DNA from: Eledone cirrhosa
Taxonomy: Eukaryota
DNA length: 64,000 nt
Direction of reading: 5' to 3'
Assembly: GCA_964016885.1 (NCBI GenBank)
Contig: OZ024742.1
Location: 248,744,001-248,808,000, forward strand
Positions 26,959 to 39,458 of this stretch are shown one piece after another. The notes beneath the pieces are model-generated. The model ran no database searches and had not been told where the DNA came from. It was given only the letters and a program-made list of their open reading frames with translations. The number at the start of each line of letters is the position of its first letter. The first letter of the stretch is position 1. Both the position numbers and the translations under genes were made by a program.

Positions 26959-27591
26959 ATTTATGCGTGAGAGTAACAACCCTGCTCGTTACTTCGTCCC
27001 AATAATAATAAAACTAATAATGTTGAAATGTGAAACATATTGTGAAACATATTGAACATATTTAATACTTAATTATTTTTTTACGACCGTCTTTGGTGTT
27101 GTGCTAAGGGTTTTGAGACATGGGTTGCACCAGTAGTTATGTGCTCCTTCATCCATATGTGTAGTTTCCGAAGAGTGCAGCCAAAGCATGAGCTGCGAGA
27201 AACCAAGCATAGTGAACAAAATTGAAACTGCTAAAAAAATGTTCACACAAATATCATTGATTCTTCTTATTGTAAAATAAGCTACAATACAAAACAAAAC
27301 TACACCATTCAGAAGATGAACCTGCGATGGGGTAGAAGCGTTTGAAATAAAATTTAATTAATTTAAGTACTGTTCCAAAGAAACTTCAATGAACTCATAT
27401 GAAAATATGGAATAATTTGGATATAAATGATAAATAATGTCTAAAGGAAAAGAAGTTTCAAAGCGTATAAATATGTATATATGTATGTATGTATGTATGT
27501 ATGTACGTATCTAGGTATGTATGTATGCATGTATACATATATGTATACAAATATGTGTGTGTGTGCGGGTGTGTGAGAGAGAGAGAGAGGA

Positions 27592-27626
<35 letters not shown>

Positions 27627-27711
27627 GAGTGTATGCATGTAAGTATGTATGTATCAATATATATGCAGGTATTTATTTATGTATGTCTATACATTACTCT
27701 CATTTCGGTAT

Positions 27712-27928
27712 GCAAGCCGTGTATTATTGAAGAATCATCCATCTTAGAAAAACGTAAATAAATAAGCCAAAGAGGAAACCAAAATGCCACACATGTTCCT
27801 CCCTTGGCAATCATCGTTTTAAAAGCCTTTGCACTTCTCAATATTTTCGTCTGTGTTTTTATGTTTCTTCCTCTCTTTCTTCTATTACTCTTCCCGTCCC
27901 TTCCTTCCTATATATACATACGTACATA
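27712..27928 (+). repeat. ~217-bp near-identical direct repeat, copy 1
   Basis: Matches 36777-36993 with about 3 substitutions. Confidence 0.95.
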
Positions 27929-28012
27929 TATACATAAATGCATACATGCTTAAATGCATACATACATACGTACATGCATACATATAAATATATACACACT
28001 CACACACATAAA

Positions 28013-28110
<98 letters not shown>

Positions 28111-28322
28111 TATATATATATACATATGTATATTTATGTATCTACGAATCACTTTACCAATAAATAATAGTGATTTATGGATAGCGCATTGGCACCACAG
28201 AGAACGGTGTACTTTTATTGAGGTTTGCTTAGGCATCACGTGGTACTTTCCAGATAGGTGAGGTGTCTTTTATCATAGGTCCGGAGGTTTGGTCTCAGTG
28301 ACTGGCAGCTGCGTTTCGTAGT

Positions 28323-28362
<40 letters not shown>

Positions 28363-28577
28363 TACACACATACATACATACATGCACACACACACACACA
28401 CACACACAAATATATATATATAAGACAGTATATAGAGAAACATACACAAAGATGTATGTGTTTAATTATAGGGGATAGAATACCACCAGGGTGAAAACCA
28501 TATTGTTTACGAACAGAATGGAGAATATACATCAATTAAAAGAATACATGAAAATGTAACTATATCTCTTGGCCATG

Positions 28578-28640
28578 CTGTAATCATGTTTCGCCACAAA
28601 TAATGTGTAGAATCATACCATTGACGGCTTATCAATAGGA
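28578..28640 (-). ncRNA. Degenerate hammerhead-like motif with U3:A8 core
   Basis: cta TTGATAA gcc..ggc GAA acatga t tac. Confidence 0.35.
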
Positions 28641-28907
28641 GGGTCAAACAATATGATCCACACTTCTAAAATTATATCAGATAACTAGCAAACGCACATA
28701 GTGTAAAGAGATAACATGGGCACTATACAGCACATGGTGGTGTGAATGGACCAAAAGACCACTAAAAATAACAGCCACGAACCATTCAGCTTAAAAAGCT
28801 CTACTTGCATATAGAAATGAACCAGGAACCAATATTCCAAATTAAAAAACGGAATAAAAGACTCACATTAATCCCCCTATAATTTAATGGGAATCTTTAA
28901 CTCGGTT

Positions 28908-28992
<85 letters not shown>

Positions 28993-28997
28993 CATAG

Positions 28998-29075
28998 ACG
29001 TGAAACAATATATAAAGGAGAACAAACCGTTAAAACATGTTTATACGGTTTGTTCTCCTTTATATATTTTTTCAC

Positions 29076-29077
<2 letters not shown>
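28998..29077. repeat. 80-bp near-perfect palindrome between (TA)n runs
   Basis: acgtgaaacaatatataaaggagaacaaaccgt..acggtttgttctcctttatatattttttcacgt. Confidence 0.95.
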
Positions 29078-29126
<49 letters not shown>

Positions 29127-29293
29127 GAGAGAGAGAGAGAGGGGGGGGGAGTAGGTGAAGTCGGAAATAGCACGGAAATATATATTTTAGGCTCTTTTTT
29201 TATTTTTTCTTCCTTTCTTTCGTCAAAGTGACATTATTGAAATAAATGAGAGGAACGATTCCTTTTGAAAAGGAGTTTTATATTGTATATAAA

Positions 29294-29338
29294 GTATTAC
29301 CGGTTTCGATGTATTATTAAAATTCATCTTATCAAATG
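29294..29338 (-). ncRNA. Hammerhead-like motif with U3:A8 core
   Basis: at TTGATAA gatg..catc GAA accggt A at. Stems II and III are good; stem I is weak. Confidence 0.45.
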
Positions 29339-30146
29339 TTGAATATTTCAATTAAAAAGAAATAATAAGAATTAAAAACTAAAAATTAAAGATTTTAAAT
29401 TAAGAGATAAGTTTTTTTCAACTTCCTTAAGAAGGAGACTGGAGAATGAACTCTTGTGTATATAGAGAGAGTAGCCATAAAGTAGCAGCACCATGCTCTA
29501 TATATATTTTCCGTGCATGAGCTTAAAAATATATAAGATAATGTACATACATGCGTGTGTGTGTGTGTGCGTACGTGTGAGTGTCTGAGTGTGTGTGTCA
29601 CTGTATGTGTGTGTGTGTGTGTTTGAGTGCCTGTGTGTGAGAGAGAGAGAGTGTGTGACAGACAGATATATAGATGGATAGGCAAACAGATAGAAATAAC
29701 CTGAGTCTTTATTGTGAGGAATTAAAGTAAATAAAGGACAATATCACACTAACCACTTCTTTTTGCGTACCAACAGCATGTGATTCGCTCAGAGAGATAA
29801 TTAGTCAAAATTGATTTGTAAACAATAAAGTATATTAATTGATGTCAATAATTTGTTCTCCATTCTCCGACTGAGCACTGGTTCTGCTAGAATTATTCGT
29901 TGATCATTCAAAAATAAAATAATAATGACAATAGTTATGCCCAAAGTGATAACTGAAAAAAACCACTATGGTTACATTTCACGGTGATACAGAAATGTAT
30001 GTTTCGATCTAACTTATGGTTTTTTTTTAATAGATAAATACATATATATGGGGGATGCATGCATGGGTAATTATGTGTGTCCACACACACACACACACAC
30101 ATATAGAGAGAGATAGAGAGATAGATAGATAGATAGATGCATACAT

Positions 30147-30194
<48 letters not shown>

Positions 30195-30340
30195 ATACTT
30201 TGGGAGGGTGATGTTGCCAATAAGAAACACACGCACCAGTTGCTTTCACTTCAATTTATTATAATAAATTTATAAATTTAGGAATTTATAAATTTCTGGT
30301 TGGTTGGTTGGTTCCACAACCAGATAGTTGTTTATATATT

Positions 30341-30383
30341 GTCAAAGTTCTTTCGTCACACATTCTGTGACCTCTTCAGTGAG
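30341..30383 (-). ncRNA. Hammerhead ribozyme in the 3' pLTR (sense to the element)
   Basis: tca CTGAAGA g-gtcaca-gaatg-tgtgac GAA agaact T tgac. Confidence 0.65.
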
Positions 30384-30584
30384 TGGGGATTCTTTTCTTT
30401 GTTTTTGTGCCTCTCCTTTGTTCTGTCCTACGGCATTTTGTTTCTGTGTGTGTGTCGTGTGCTCAGTCTGCGCATGCGTCACATCCGGGTGTCTGTGTGT
30501 GTTTATATTCGTTTATGTATTTGTTTATTTGCATGTTACGGGTTGGTTGTTTGTTCTATGTGCATGTGTGTTCTCATTTTGTCC

Positions 30585-33328
30585 TTAATTGTAAGTTGTG
30601 ATGTTGCTGTTCCACTCATATTTTCTATTTAATTTTGGTTGTAATTGTTTTATGTTTATTGCCTCTGTGATTTGTCTAAACATTGCGTCTTTTCTGTGAG
30701 TAGATTCTATTTTTATTTCTATGTTATCTAATTTACCCTTATGTTCTATTTTAGCATGTTGGTAGAGTACAGATGATTCTTTACTATCTTGAAGGTCTCG
30801 CCAGTGTTCATTTATCCGTTCCCCTACGCTACGAGCTGTCTCAACTATGTACACTATATTTTTGTCTCTACATTGTCCTTCAGTACATCTTATGCTATAC
30901 ACTACATTTCTAGTTTTACAGTTAATATGGGGGCTTATATTACAGGTTATACATTTCTTATCTATACAGGGAGGGTCTTTGAAAAGGGTATGTCTTGCTA
31001 ATAAGTGTTTTTGCGGAGGTACCTGGTCTTTCTACTATCTTATATTGAGTTTATGTTTATCTAGGGCTCTTCTAAATTTGTAAGCTAATTCACCTCTAGG
31101 GGTTGTATCGATGAACATTACACTCTGGTATTTATTGCTATCATACCATGAGTTTATTCTATTAGCTTTATTCCTAGTTCTTTCTATTCTATTCCAAAAT
31201 TTGCTCCTATACAAGGGGCAGGTCCCATTTGTGTCATTATTTCCCATTTTTTCCCATTTGGTTCTGGCTCCTCTATACACTCTGATTTTATCTCTCTGAT
31301 TGTAACCAGAGAACTGCATACGGTGGATGAAGTGTTGTATGTGTCTCTATAGTTCTTCGGGGTTGCACATGCGGGACACGTTTCTCATCACCCGTACCAA
31401 ATCCGCAATCAGTATGTTGATTTTGGTATGGTCAGAAATAGCTGAGTTTCGGTGGATCAGATGTTTGGAAGTCATGGGTTTGGCATAATGGGAATGGAGG
31501 ATTTGTTTTTTGTTATTAATGGTATCTAACCAGAGCTCTGTGTCTAGTACAGGTAATCGATGGTTGGGGTGTTTACTTGGGTAGTCTATAGTAACTCTAA
31601 TACTCTGGTGGATGGAGTTAGCTATTTGCTGGATGCTTTCCATTGTGTTTTTCTCTAGTTCCTGACTGTTCTCTAGTGAGGGTGTCTTAACTACGATGTT
31701 TATATCATCAACGTAGCGGGAGTACATTATCAGGGTTAAGGGGTCTTCTAATTGTTCTTTAAGTTTAAGTTTAAGTCTACTGTCCCACCATACCATGAAT
31801 AAGTTAGCTATGTCGCCTGCAATGCTAACACCAATGGCTGCCCCTTCCTCTTGGGCATATGTTTTTCCATTAAATTTGAACATATGTTCCTTAAGGGTTA
31901 GTTTTATGCTGGCCCCTACCGCATGTGCAATCATTTTCTTCAGTTCATCGTGTTTTCGGGTGTCCGTATGGCTCTGGTCCACCCGTTCCATCTATCTGTG
32001 TGGGTTTCCTTGGCCATTGAGGTAATGGTAGGTGGTCTGCATCTTACTGGTCTCGTAGGGTACAGGTTGCTAAGGTCATATGTGTGTAGGTAATTATTAC
32101 TATAGGTAAGTTTAAGTAGGAGTCCCAGCTCACTGGTATCAATCCCACGGAACTCAACATTGCTCTCACTGATCATTTCTACGCATTTCTCCACAGCAAA
32201 ATCCACGTCAATAGATGGATACAGGGACACAACATCCATACTACCTATTATGCAGTTTGTTAGGTCCCTAGATCGGTTACCCTCGCCGATTCTGCTGATG
32301 AGGTCCTCTGTGCTGTCACATACATCTGGGGTCATTTCAATGATGGGGCGTATGATTAGGGAGAGGAAGTAGGACAGTCTGTAGTTACTAGCAATGTTAG
32401 CTCCACAGACTGGCCGTGTTGGTGGTCCCGTGACAGGGTCACTGCCCGTTTTATGGTCTTTTCGAAGCCCATACAACGCCGGCACGTCATTGTTCTAGGC
32501 CTGGAAGTTGTTGGCAGTCCTTTTGTTGGGCTGCATTATATTCGTCCACATCACCATATGGGCATCGAGGGCTTTTTCTCTATCCTCATGCTCCTGTGGT
32601 GTTACCTCTCTTGTGTTAGTGATGTGGGGTTGCATTACCTGAATTTAGTTTGGTAGTCTGTCAACCGACATTCTGCCAGAGCTGTCTGTTGGAAAGCATG
32701 CTATCTCTCCATTACGCGAGCGCTGCATGAGCTTACGCAAGCCATTTGCAGATTTTTTTCCCAGTTGCTGGGCCTCCATTCTATTATGCTTCTTGCTACA
32801 CTGTTCTATAATATTTCTAAGTTCGGATCTAGCTATACTAAATTGTGCTTCTGTTTGTTGATCGACCTGCGACGGCAATTGCGTGCGTTTGTTAAATGGT
32901 AAAGTCGTGGCGTGGACTCGTCGCAGGTCGAACGACTTATCGGAGGGATTATAAAAAGTAGAGTTCCAGGCTGCTGCTTTATGTGTACTAGTGCTATTGT
33001 TATTGTTAGTTGTGTTGTTTCTATTTCTATTTCCACCAACAGCCTCATGGTTGTTTCTATGTCTCTCATTATTACTCCTGTCTCTTTCCACTGGCTCATT
33101 ATTATTGTCTACTCTATTTTGTGTGTATGTGTGTTCGTATTGGTTATTTTCTTTGTCCATAGTCTCCCTTCTCCTTTTAATCCTATTACTTTCCCTTATT
33201 TCTGTGATTTCTATGCTACTGTCATTACTTGTTTTCTGTGTCTGTGTGTTTGTTAAGATTGTGGTGGTGGTGAGAGGCATTGAATGTGTCTGTGTTGTTG
33301 TTGTTGATGTATGCTGTTGTTCATGTGT
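30585..33328 (-). pseudogene. Penelope RT + GIY-YIG polyprotein, broken by frameshifts/stops
   Basis: PALYGLRKDHK..PPTRPV, GSMDVVSLYPSI, QEEGAAIG, RYVDDI, LPVLD, HYAKPM, Cys-rich linker, VVYSIRC..YIVETARSVGERINEH..RQITEA..LNRKYEW. Confidence 0.92.
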
Positions 33329-33701
33329 GAAATGTATAACCTGTAAAATAAGCCCCCATATTAACTGTAAAACTAGAAATGTAGTGTATAGCATAAGATG
33401 TACTGAAGGACAATGTAGAGACAAAAATATAGTGTACATAGGTGAGACAGCTCGTAGCGTAGGGGAATGGATAAATGAACACTGGCGAGACCTTCAAGAT
33501 AGTAAAGAATCATCTGTACTCTACCAACATGCTAAAATAGAACATAAGGGTAAATTAGAGAACATAGAAATAAAAATAGAATCTACTCACAGAAAAGACG
33601 CAATGTTTAGACAGATTACAGAGGCAATAAACATAAAAGAATTACAACCAAAATTAAATAGAAAATATGAGTGGAACAGCAACATCACAACTTACAATTA
33701 A
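33329..33701 (+). pseudogene. Inverted duplicate of the GIY-YIG domain within the 5' pLTR
   Basis: KCITCKISPHINCKTRNVVYSIRC..VYIGETARSVGEWINEH.. Confidence 0.9.
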
Positions 33702-33901
33702 GGACAAAAGAAAACACACACGCACATAGAACAAACAACCAACAAGTAACATGTAAATAAACAAATAAATAAACGAATATAAACATACACAGACACCCGG
33801 ATGTGGCGCATGCGCAGACTGAGCACACAACACACACACAGAAACAAAACGGCGTAGGACAGAACAAAGGAGAGGCACAAAAACATAGAAAAGAATCCCC
33901 A

Positions 33902-33944
33902 GTCACTGAAGAGGTCACAGAATGTGTGACGAAAGAACTTTGAC
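33902..33944 (+). ncRNA. Hammerhead ribozyme in the inverted pLTR
   Basis: gtca CTGAAGA g-gtcaca-gaatg-tgtgac GAA agaact T tgac. Confidence 0.65.
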
Positions 33945-34150
33945 AATATATAAACAACTATCTGGTTGTGGAACCAACCAAACAACCCGAAATTTATAAA
34001 TTCCTAAATTTATAAATTTATTATAATAAATTGAAGTGAAAACAACTGGTGCGTGTGTTTCTTATTGGCAACATGACCCTCCCAAAGTATAACAATATCG
34101 GTTTCAACACACGTTTTCAGATAAAGAATCTTGCTAAACAAATTCAGAAA

Positions 34151-34195
<45 letters not shown>

Positions 34196-34230
34196 GGTGT
34201 TAAAGTTTGCTTGAAGCATTGTGAAATGTG

Positions 34231-34714
34231 TAAAATATGTAGTTTAGAAAGCCACAACAATGCAGATGGGAAATCTCGAGGTAAGAAGTGAGTGAGAAAT
34301 AGGAGAAAAGTGAAAATGAAAATGAAAACAAAACAAAGCTAGAAGGGTTACCGTAGTGGAGATGTAATCCCAATATTTCGGGCTCACGCCCATCAACGGG
34401 GGAAAGTTCCAAAAGGGGGGGAACAGGCCAAGTCGGAGAAAGTTGTATTGTCGTTAAAACATAGAAATGTCGTTATGGGGAAAAATTCAAACGAGGGAAA
34501 GAATGCGCGTGCGCGTGATAGGCTGTGGCAAAAGCTACTTGTTATTAAGAACTTCAGACCCCCACTTAACAACCGGGCTGAGGGATTAAATCTCCACTAC
34601 GGTAACCCTTCTACCTTTGTTTTGTCTTCATTTTCATTTTCACTTTTCTCCTATTTCTCACTCACTTCTTACCTCGAGATTTCCCATCTACATTGTTGTG
34701 GCTTTCTAAACTAC

Positions 34715-34722
<8 letters not shown>
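34231..34722. mobile_element. Fold-back element, 141-bp arms (34231-34371 / 34582-34722), between (TA)n
   Basis: Near-perfect inverted repeats. A hammerhead-like fold with a non-canonical 5' core lies at 34369-34402 (minus). Confidence 0.85.
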
Positions 34723-34788
<66 letters not shown>

Positions 34789-34789
34789 A

Positions 34790-34993
34790 TAATTGTTTCT
34801 ACTTTTTGCACAAGGCCAGAAATACCCCAGTGTACTGGTACTTTATTTTATCGACCCCATAAGGATGAAAGGCAAAGTTAACCTCGGCGAGATTTGAACT
34901 CAGAATGGCAAGGGCCGTAACTCTATGCGTCCGGGAATCGAACTCACAACCACGCGATTATGAATCCAGTTCTCTAACCACTCAGCCACACGA
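34790..34993 (-). mobile_element. SINE lacking its own head, fused to the tRNA-like head of a second SINE family
   Basis: Main SINE at 34790-34928. 34930-34993 on the minus strand reads gtggctgagtggttagaga..gagttcgattccc and matches 56927-56990. Confidence 0.75.
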
Positions 34994-35778
34994 CTTCTCT
35001 ATACAAATATATATGAATATATGTGTGTACGTGCGGGTGTATGTGTGTATTAGTTTGTATTTGTGTGTATGTGAGTGTGTGTGTATTTGTGTGTATTAGT
35101 GCGTTTTTGTTGTGTGTGAATGTGTATGCATGTTTGTCTCTGTGTGTATATAATTATGTACGGTTTGTCCAAGCGCACAAGATTCGCCTCTCTAGGCTTA
35201 TACCAACTACTCTCAAAACTGATTTTGGTGATTTGTATACGAGAAACATTGAATAAAATATATAGAGGTGTGGTAGGATATATTCACTTAATTGAGATGA
35301 TCTTATTAAATTTTATTCTTTTCAGATATTGGTAGGAAATAAAAGTTCATTTTAGGAATTGTAAAATGCCTATCGAGTGGAAAAGCGAGTGAAAATAATG
35401 CTAGATAACTAATATATTGTGGGTAAGTTAGGAACGTAATAAATATTTAAAAACATAAAGGTCAGTATATAGTTGAAACTTCATGGTCAATTAATCTTGA
35501 AAATGGGAAATTGAGAGGTTTATACGTGTATATGGTAGTGTGCTGGAATAGGTCCTATAGAATTATTTGCAGAATGAAATCATTACTTTTGTAAGGTTAA
35601 TGGAAACTTGCAAATGTTTACAGCTAAGTAACAGTGATGCGGAAAATGAAACAAACAACAGAACATAACTGAATAAAATGCATGTTAGAGCCCTAAGATC
35701 AAACTTCCGGAATCTGATCTTTCACCAAATAGGAACAATCAAAAATCAAATATGAAAATGCATAAGTATATATATATA

Positions 35779-35892
35779 TAGTAATAATAATAAGTTTGAA
35801 GACTAAAATCCCAAGCTCCCGTTAAGGGTGAAAGCAGCGATTCTTTGCTTAAACTTTAATCTGTTATTTTAATATATAAATATATTTCCGAT

Positions 35893-35895
<3 letters not shown>
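35779..35895. mobile_element. Family A: inverted terminal piece joined to a forward segment at stem II
   Basis: gtaataataataagtttgaagactaaaatcc (inverted end) + tcccgttaagggtgaaagcagcgattctttgcttaaac. Confidence 0.8.
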
Positions 35896-35924
<29 letters not shown>

Positions 35925-35972
35925 AATCTATTATCTTATCTATCTATTTCCCTCTCCCTCTCTCTTTATATA

Positions 35973-36199
<227 letters not shown>

Positions 36200-36202
36200 T
36201 AT

Positions 36203-36620
36203 ATAGGGAAAAAAGATGAAATCGAAAATGCAACTGGAGTCTTTTATTTTTAAAAATATATTTATTTGGTTCCTTTACCGGTTTCGCAGTTCTTCTGCTT
36301 TTCAAAAGTAGAATTGAGATGGAGGGTCTGTGGTTTTTCTCACATCTGGTTGTTCTTTGAATATTACTTCTGTTTTATATTGAAAAAAGTGGTTCAAAAT
36401 GCCAGGTTTTCGGAGCTGGCATTTCGAACCACTTTGTTCCATATAAAACAGAAGTAACATTCAAAGACCAACCAGATGTGAGAAAAGCCACAGACCCTCC
36501 ATCTCAATTCTACTTTTATAAAGCTGAAGAACTGCGAAACCGGTAAAGGAACCAAATAAATATATATATTTTTTTAAAAAGACACCTGTTGCATTTTCGA
36601 TTTCATCTATTTTCCTTATA
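36203..36620. mobile_element. Family D ~420-bp fold-back palindrome
   Basis: Arms of ~205 bp centred near 36410. Homologous to 18620-18775. Confidence 0.92.
36273..36308 (-). ncRNA. Minimal hammerhead with U3:A8 core
   Basis: ctt TTGAAAA gcag-aagaa-ctgc GAA accggt A aag (GUA site). Confidence 0.6.
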
Positions 36621-36776
36621 CTTTCACTCGTGTAGGACACCTCGGTTATTTTTCATTTTGCAAAAAAAAATCTCCATTTCTAATATATATATATCTACAC
36701 ACACACGCACACATATATATACTATATATATCTGTGTGTAGAATAGTAGAAACAATCAGTATTACATATATAAAGG

Positions 36777-36993
36777 GCAAGCCGTGTATTATTGAAGAAT
36801 CATCCATCTTAGAAAAACGTAAATAAATAAGCCAAAGAGGAAACCAAAATGCCGCACATGTTCCTCCCTTGGCAATCATCGTTTTAAAAGCCTTTGCACT
36901 TCTCAATATTTTCGTCTGTGTTTTTATGTTTCATCCTCTCTTTCTTCTATTACTCTTCCCGTCCATTCCTTCCTATATATACATACGTACATA
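36777..36993 (+). repeat. ~217-bp direct repeat, copy 2
   Basis: Matches 27712-27928. Confidence 0.95.
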
Positions 36994-37226
36994 CATTCCT
37001 CTCTAAATACCGTCCAAGAAGAGGTGTCATTATTGGCAGTATACATTCAAGCAAAGCGACATGAATTTGTGGGATCTCAGCTTAATAATAGCACGGTGTG
37101 TTGGAAGCTTAAACGTGTTATGGTTTCTAGCCGCTAGTTTTATTACTAAATGCATTTTTATTCTTAGAAAATAGTGGTAACTTCACCACTTAGCAACTCG
37201 CAGAGAACTTGCATTACAGTTATCTT

Positions 37227-37454
37227 TCACAATACGTTTGCGAAGAATTGAATAATTGATTGAGTTACATTTTCAGGAGACTGGGTGCCTCTATGCTGTG
37301 ACATGATTTCCCCAATGCTTGAAACATGTGCTTCAGATATACATTTTGAACTCAGAACACAACCCCAACAGGCGCATGCTATTACTATTAACATTTCAAA
37401 TGTCATAACTTGCAAGGCAGCTTCATGACTCCCAATATTTAACAACACATGCAT
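37227..37454 (-). pseudogene. Possible hAT transposase C-terminal dimerisation remnant
   Basis: SSKCISEAHVSSIGEIMSQHRGTQSPENV resembles the hAT motif S..SER.FS.AG.I....R..LSPENV. Confidence 0.35.
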
Positions 37455-37612
37455 TAAAACCTCTCAAGAGAATTATTTTCTGAAAATGTGGAATTGAAGG
37501 GAGACTGTTATTTAGTGATTCATAAAACTGTATTTTACTTAGTCGGTGCCAAACAAATGTGTACCAATATTAGTGGCATGCCTGCCATTCGAGAGGAGTA
37601 GCTGCAAATATA

Positions 37613-37645
<33 letters not shown>

Positions 37646-37706
37646 GAAGTAATTCCGTCCGAAAGGTCCAGGAAAAAAGAGTGTTCTATGTAGGTTACAG
37701 AGCTTA

Positions 37707-37950
37707 ATAGTTATGTAATAAAAAACATAAGGTAATTAATTCATTTACCAGTGGTTTCTTGAAAGCAAACAAAATTTGTTTTCAATCATCAGAATGAAAA
37801 AATCCTGGTGTATTTATTGACATTGGTTTTTTAAAATCCAATGTCAATAAATACACCAGGAATTTTTCATTATGATGATTGAACGCAAATTTTGTTTGCT
37901 TTCAAGAAACCACTGGTAAATGAAATAATTACCTTATGTTGTTTATTACA

Positions 37951-37957
<7 letters not shown>
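37707..37957. mobile_element. 251-bp fold-back palindrome carrying a hammerhead in each arm
   Basis: Arms of ~120 bp, centre near 37832, ending in (TA)n. Confidence 0.92.
37740..37798 (-). ncRNA. Type I hammerhead ribozyme, intact core
   Basis: ttcatt CTGATGA ttgaa..ttcaa GAA acc-act-ggt A aatgaa. The + strand twin at 37866-37924 has C3->A. Confidence 0.75.
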
Positions 37958-38011
<54 letters not shown>

Positions 38012-38018
<7 letters not shown>

Positions 38019-38116
38019 GTTTAATATAGAAATGGCTTCTATACGACTAGATATGTTTCATTCGAATGAAACAGTTCTAATCTTGTAGAAGCGATTTCTA
38101 TATTAAACATTGTATA
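38012..38116. mobile_element. Family E palindrome centred on hammerhead stem II
   Basis: Centre ttcattcgaatgaa. Homologous to 54154-54285. Confidence 0.85.
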
Positions 38117-38171
38117 TACTCTACTATTTATTGAGTACCTTACTGTCTGTAGTTACCCCCGATTGAACCCG

Positions 38172-38246
<75 letters not shown>

Positions 38247-39294
38247 GGGGAATTTCAATCGATATGATGCCAGAAGCATTAAAACCAACGCAATATTTCG
38301 ATCTTGCTTCCGATAGAACTGATCAAGGATAAGGATATCAAGCACTTGGATAATTCGTTTCAAAGCGTATATATTGATTCGTTGATAGCGGCACCCATAT
38401 AGAACAAACAAGGCTGGTAACAATCAAAGAAATTTAAACCTTCCAACAAGTTAACTAACAATGAGTTGAAATATTCACACTTCCATTACCTGGACCAAAT
38501 TTGGTTTCGATCTCCGAAAAAAGTTGCCAACTACAACTATTGGAAATTGATTATTGGCAAATTAAGATGGTAGGTACTCAACAACAGGAAATCCTACTGG
38601 CAGTAAAAAAATTCTCGGCATATCTATACAGAGGCAAAACTGTGCGTCTGCGTTTCACAGATATCTAAGAAGAAATGGGCTATCAGTGAGGTTGGTGGGA
38701 AGATGCTAAAAGTAACAACACTTCGCTCGGCGAATCAAAGCAACTCAACTGATCAAATTATGATACCGCTGTGAATTATTATGAGGAATTTAGAAAGATA
38801 TGATGCCAGAGCCACAGACGACAGCTTATACAACTGCTCAATCATATTGATACCATGTTGGTGGATAATTCGTATCAGATCACATCCATACTGATTCACT
38901 CATAGGAAAGCGGCACCCTTATAGAACAAACAGACTGGTAAAAATTCAAAGATATTTAAGTATAGGTGAAATATTGGATGACATTGTCATCATAACTGGA
39001 ATTCAATATGACTTCGGTAATTTTAACAAGTGTCCTTCCCAGGGGATGTACTGAGCAACAGTAATGTTTACAGACTGTGTCCGGGTTATTTAGCCCATGC
39101 TTCCGCATATTTTCGTCCAAATTAGTATCATTTCAGATACCCCAACTGACCGGAGCACCTACAACCTCACACCATATATATTTTTTCACTGCAAACTATG
39201 AATTTAGTATATTGTCGAGACTTTGATCTTTTCTCTGTACATATTCATAAATCTCTTTCTCTCTCTTTCTCTCTCTCTCCCTCTCTCTCTCTCG

Positions 39295-39361
<67 letters not shown>

Positions 39362-39411
39362 TCTCTCTCTCTCTCACTCTCTTTACACACACACTGGTGC
39401 ATATATCTATA

Positions 39412-39458
<47 letters not shown>

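Larger units (their letters stand above)
30188..34152 (-). mobile_element. Penelope-like retroelement with inverted pseudo-LTRs, inserted in (TA)n
   Basis: RT and GIY-YIG coding region on the minus strand. ~770-bp inverted repeats at 30188-30957 / 33329-34098, plus a ~55-bp tail. (TA)n on both sides. Confidence 0.95.

Noticed and set aside
32991-33328. Hydrophobic N-terminus of the 236-aa + strand ORF suggesting a membrane-anchored GIY-YIG nuclease
   Set aside because: It is the antisense reading of the low-complexity N-terminal region of the Penelope ORF, fused by the pLTR inversion. The GIY-YIG copy also lacks the conserved Arg.
37277-37428. Possible + strand terminal exon in phase with the 18898 exon
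   Set aside because: The acceptor is weak, and the opposite strand better fits a hAT transposase remnant.
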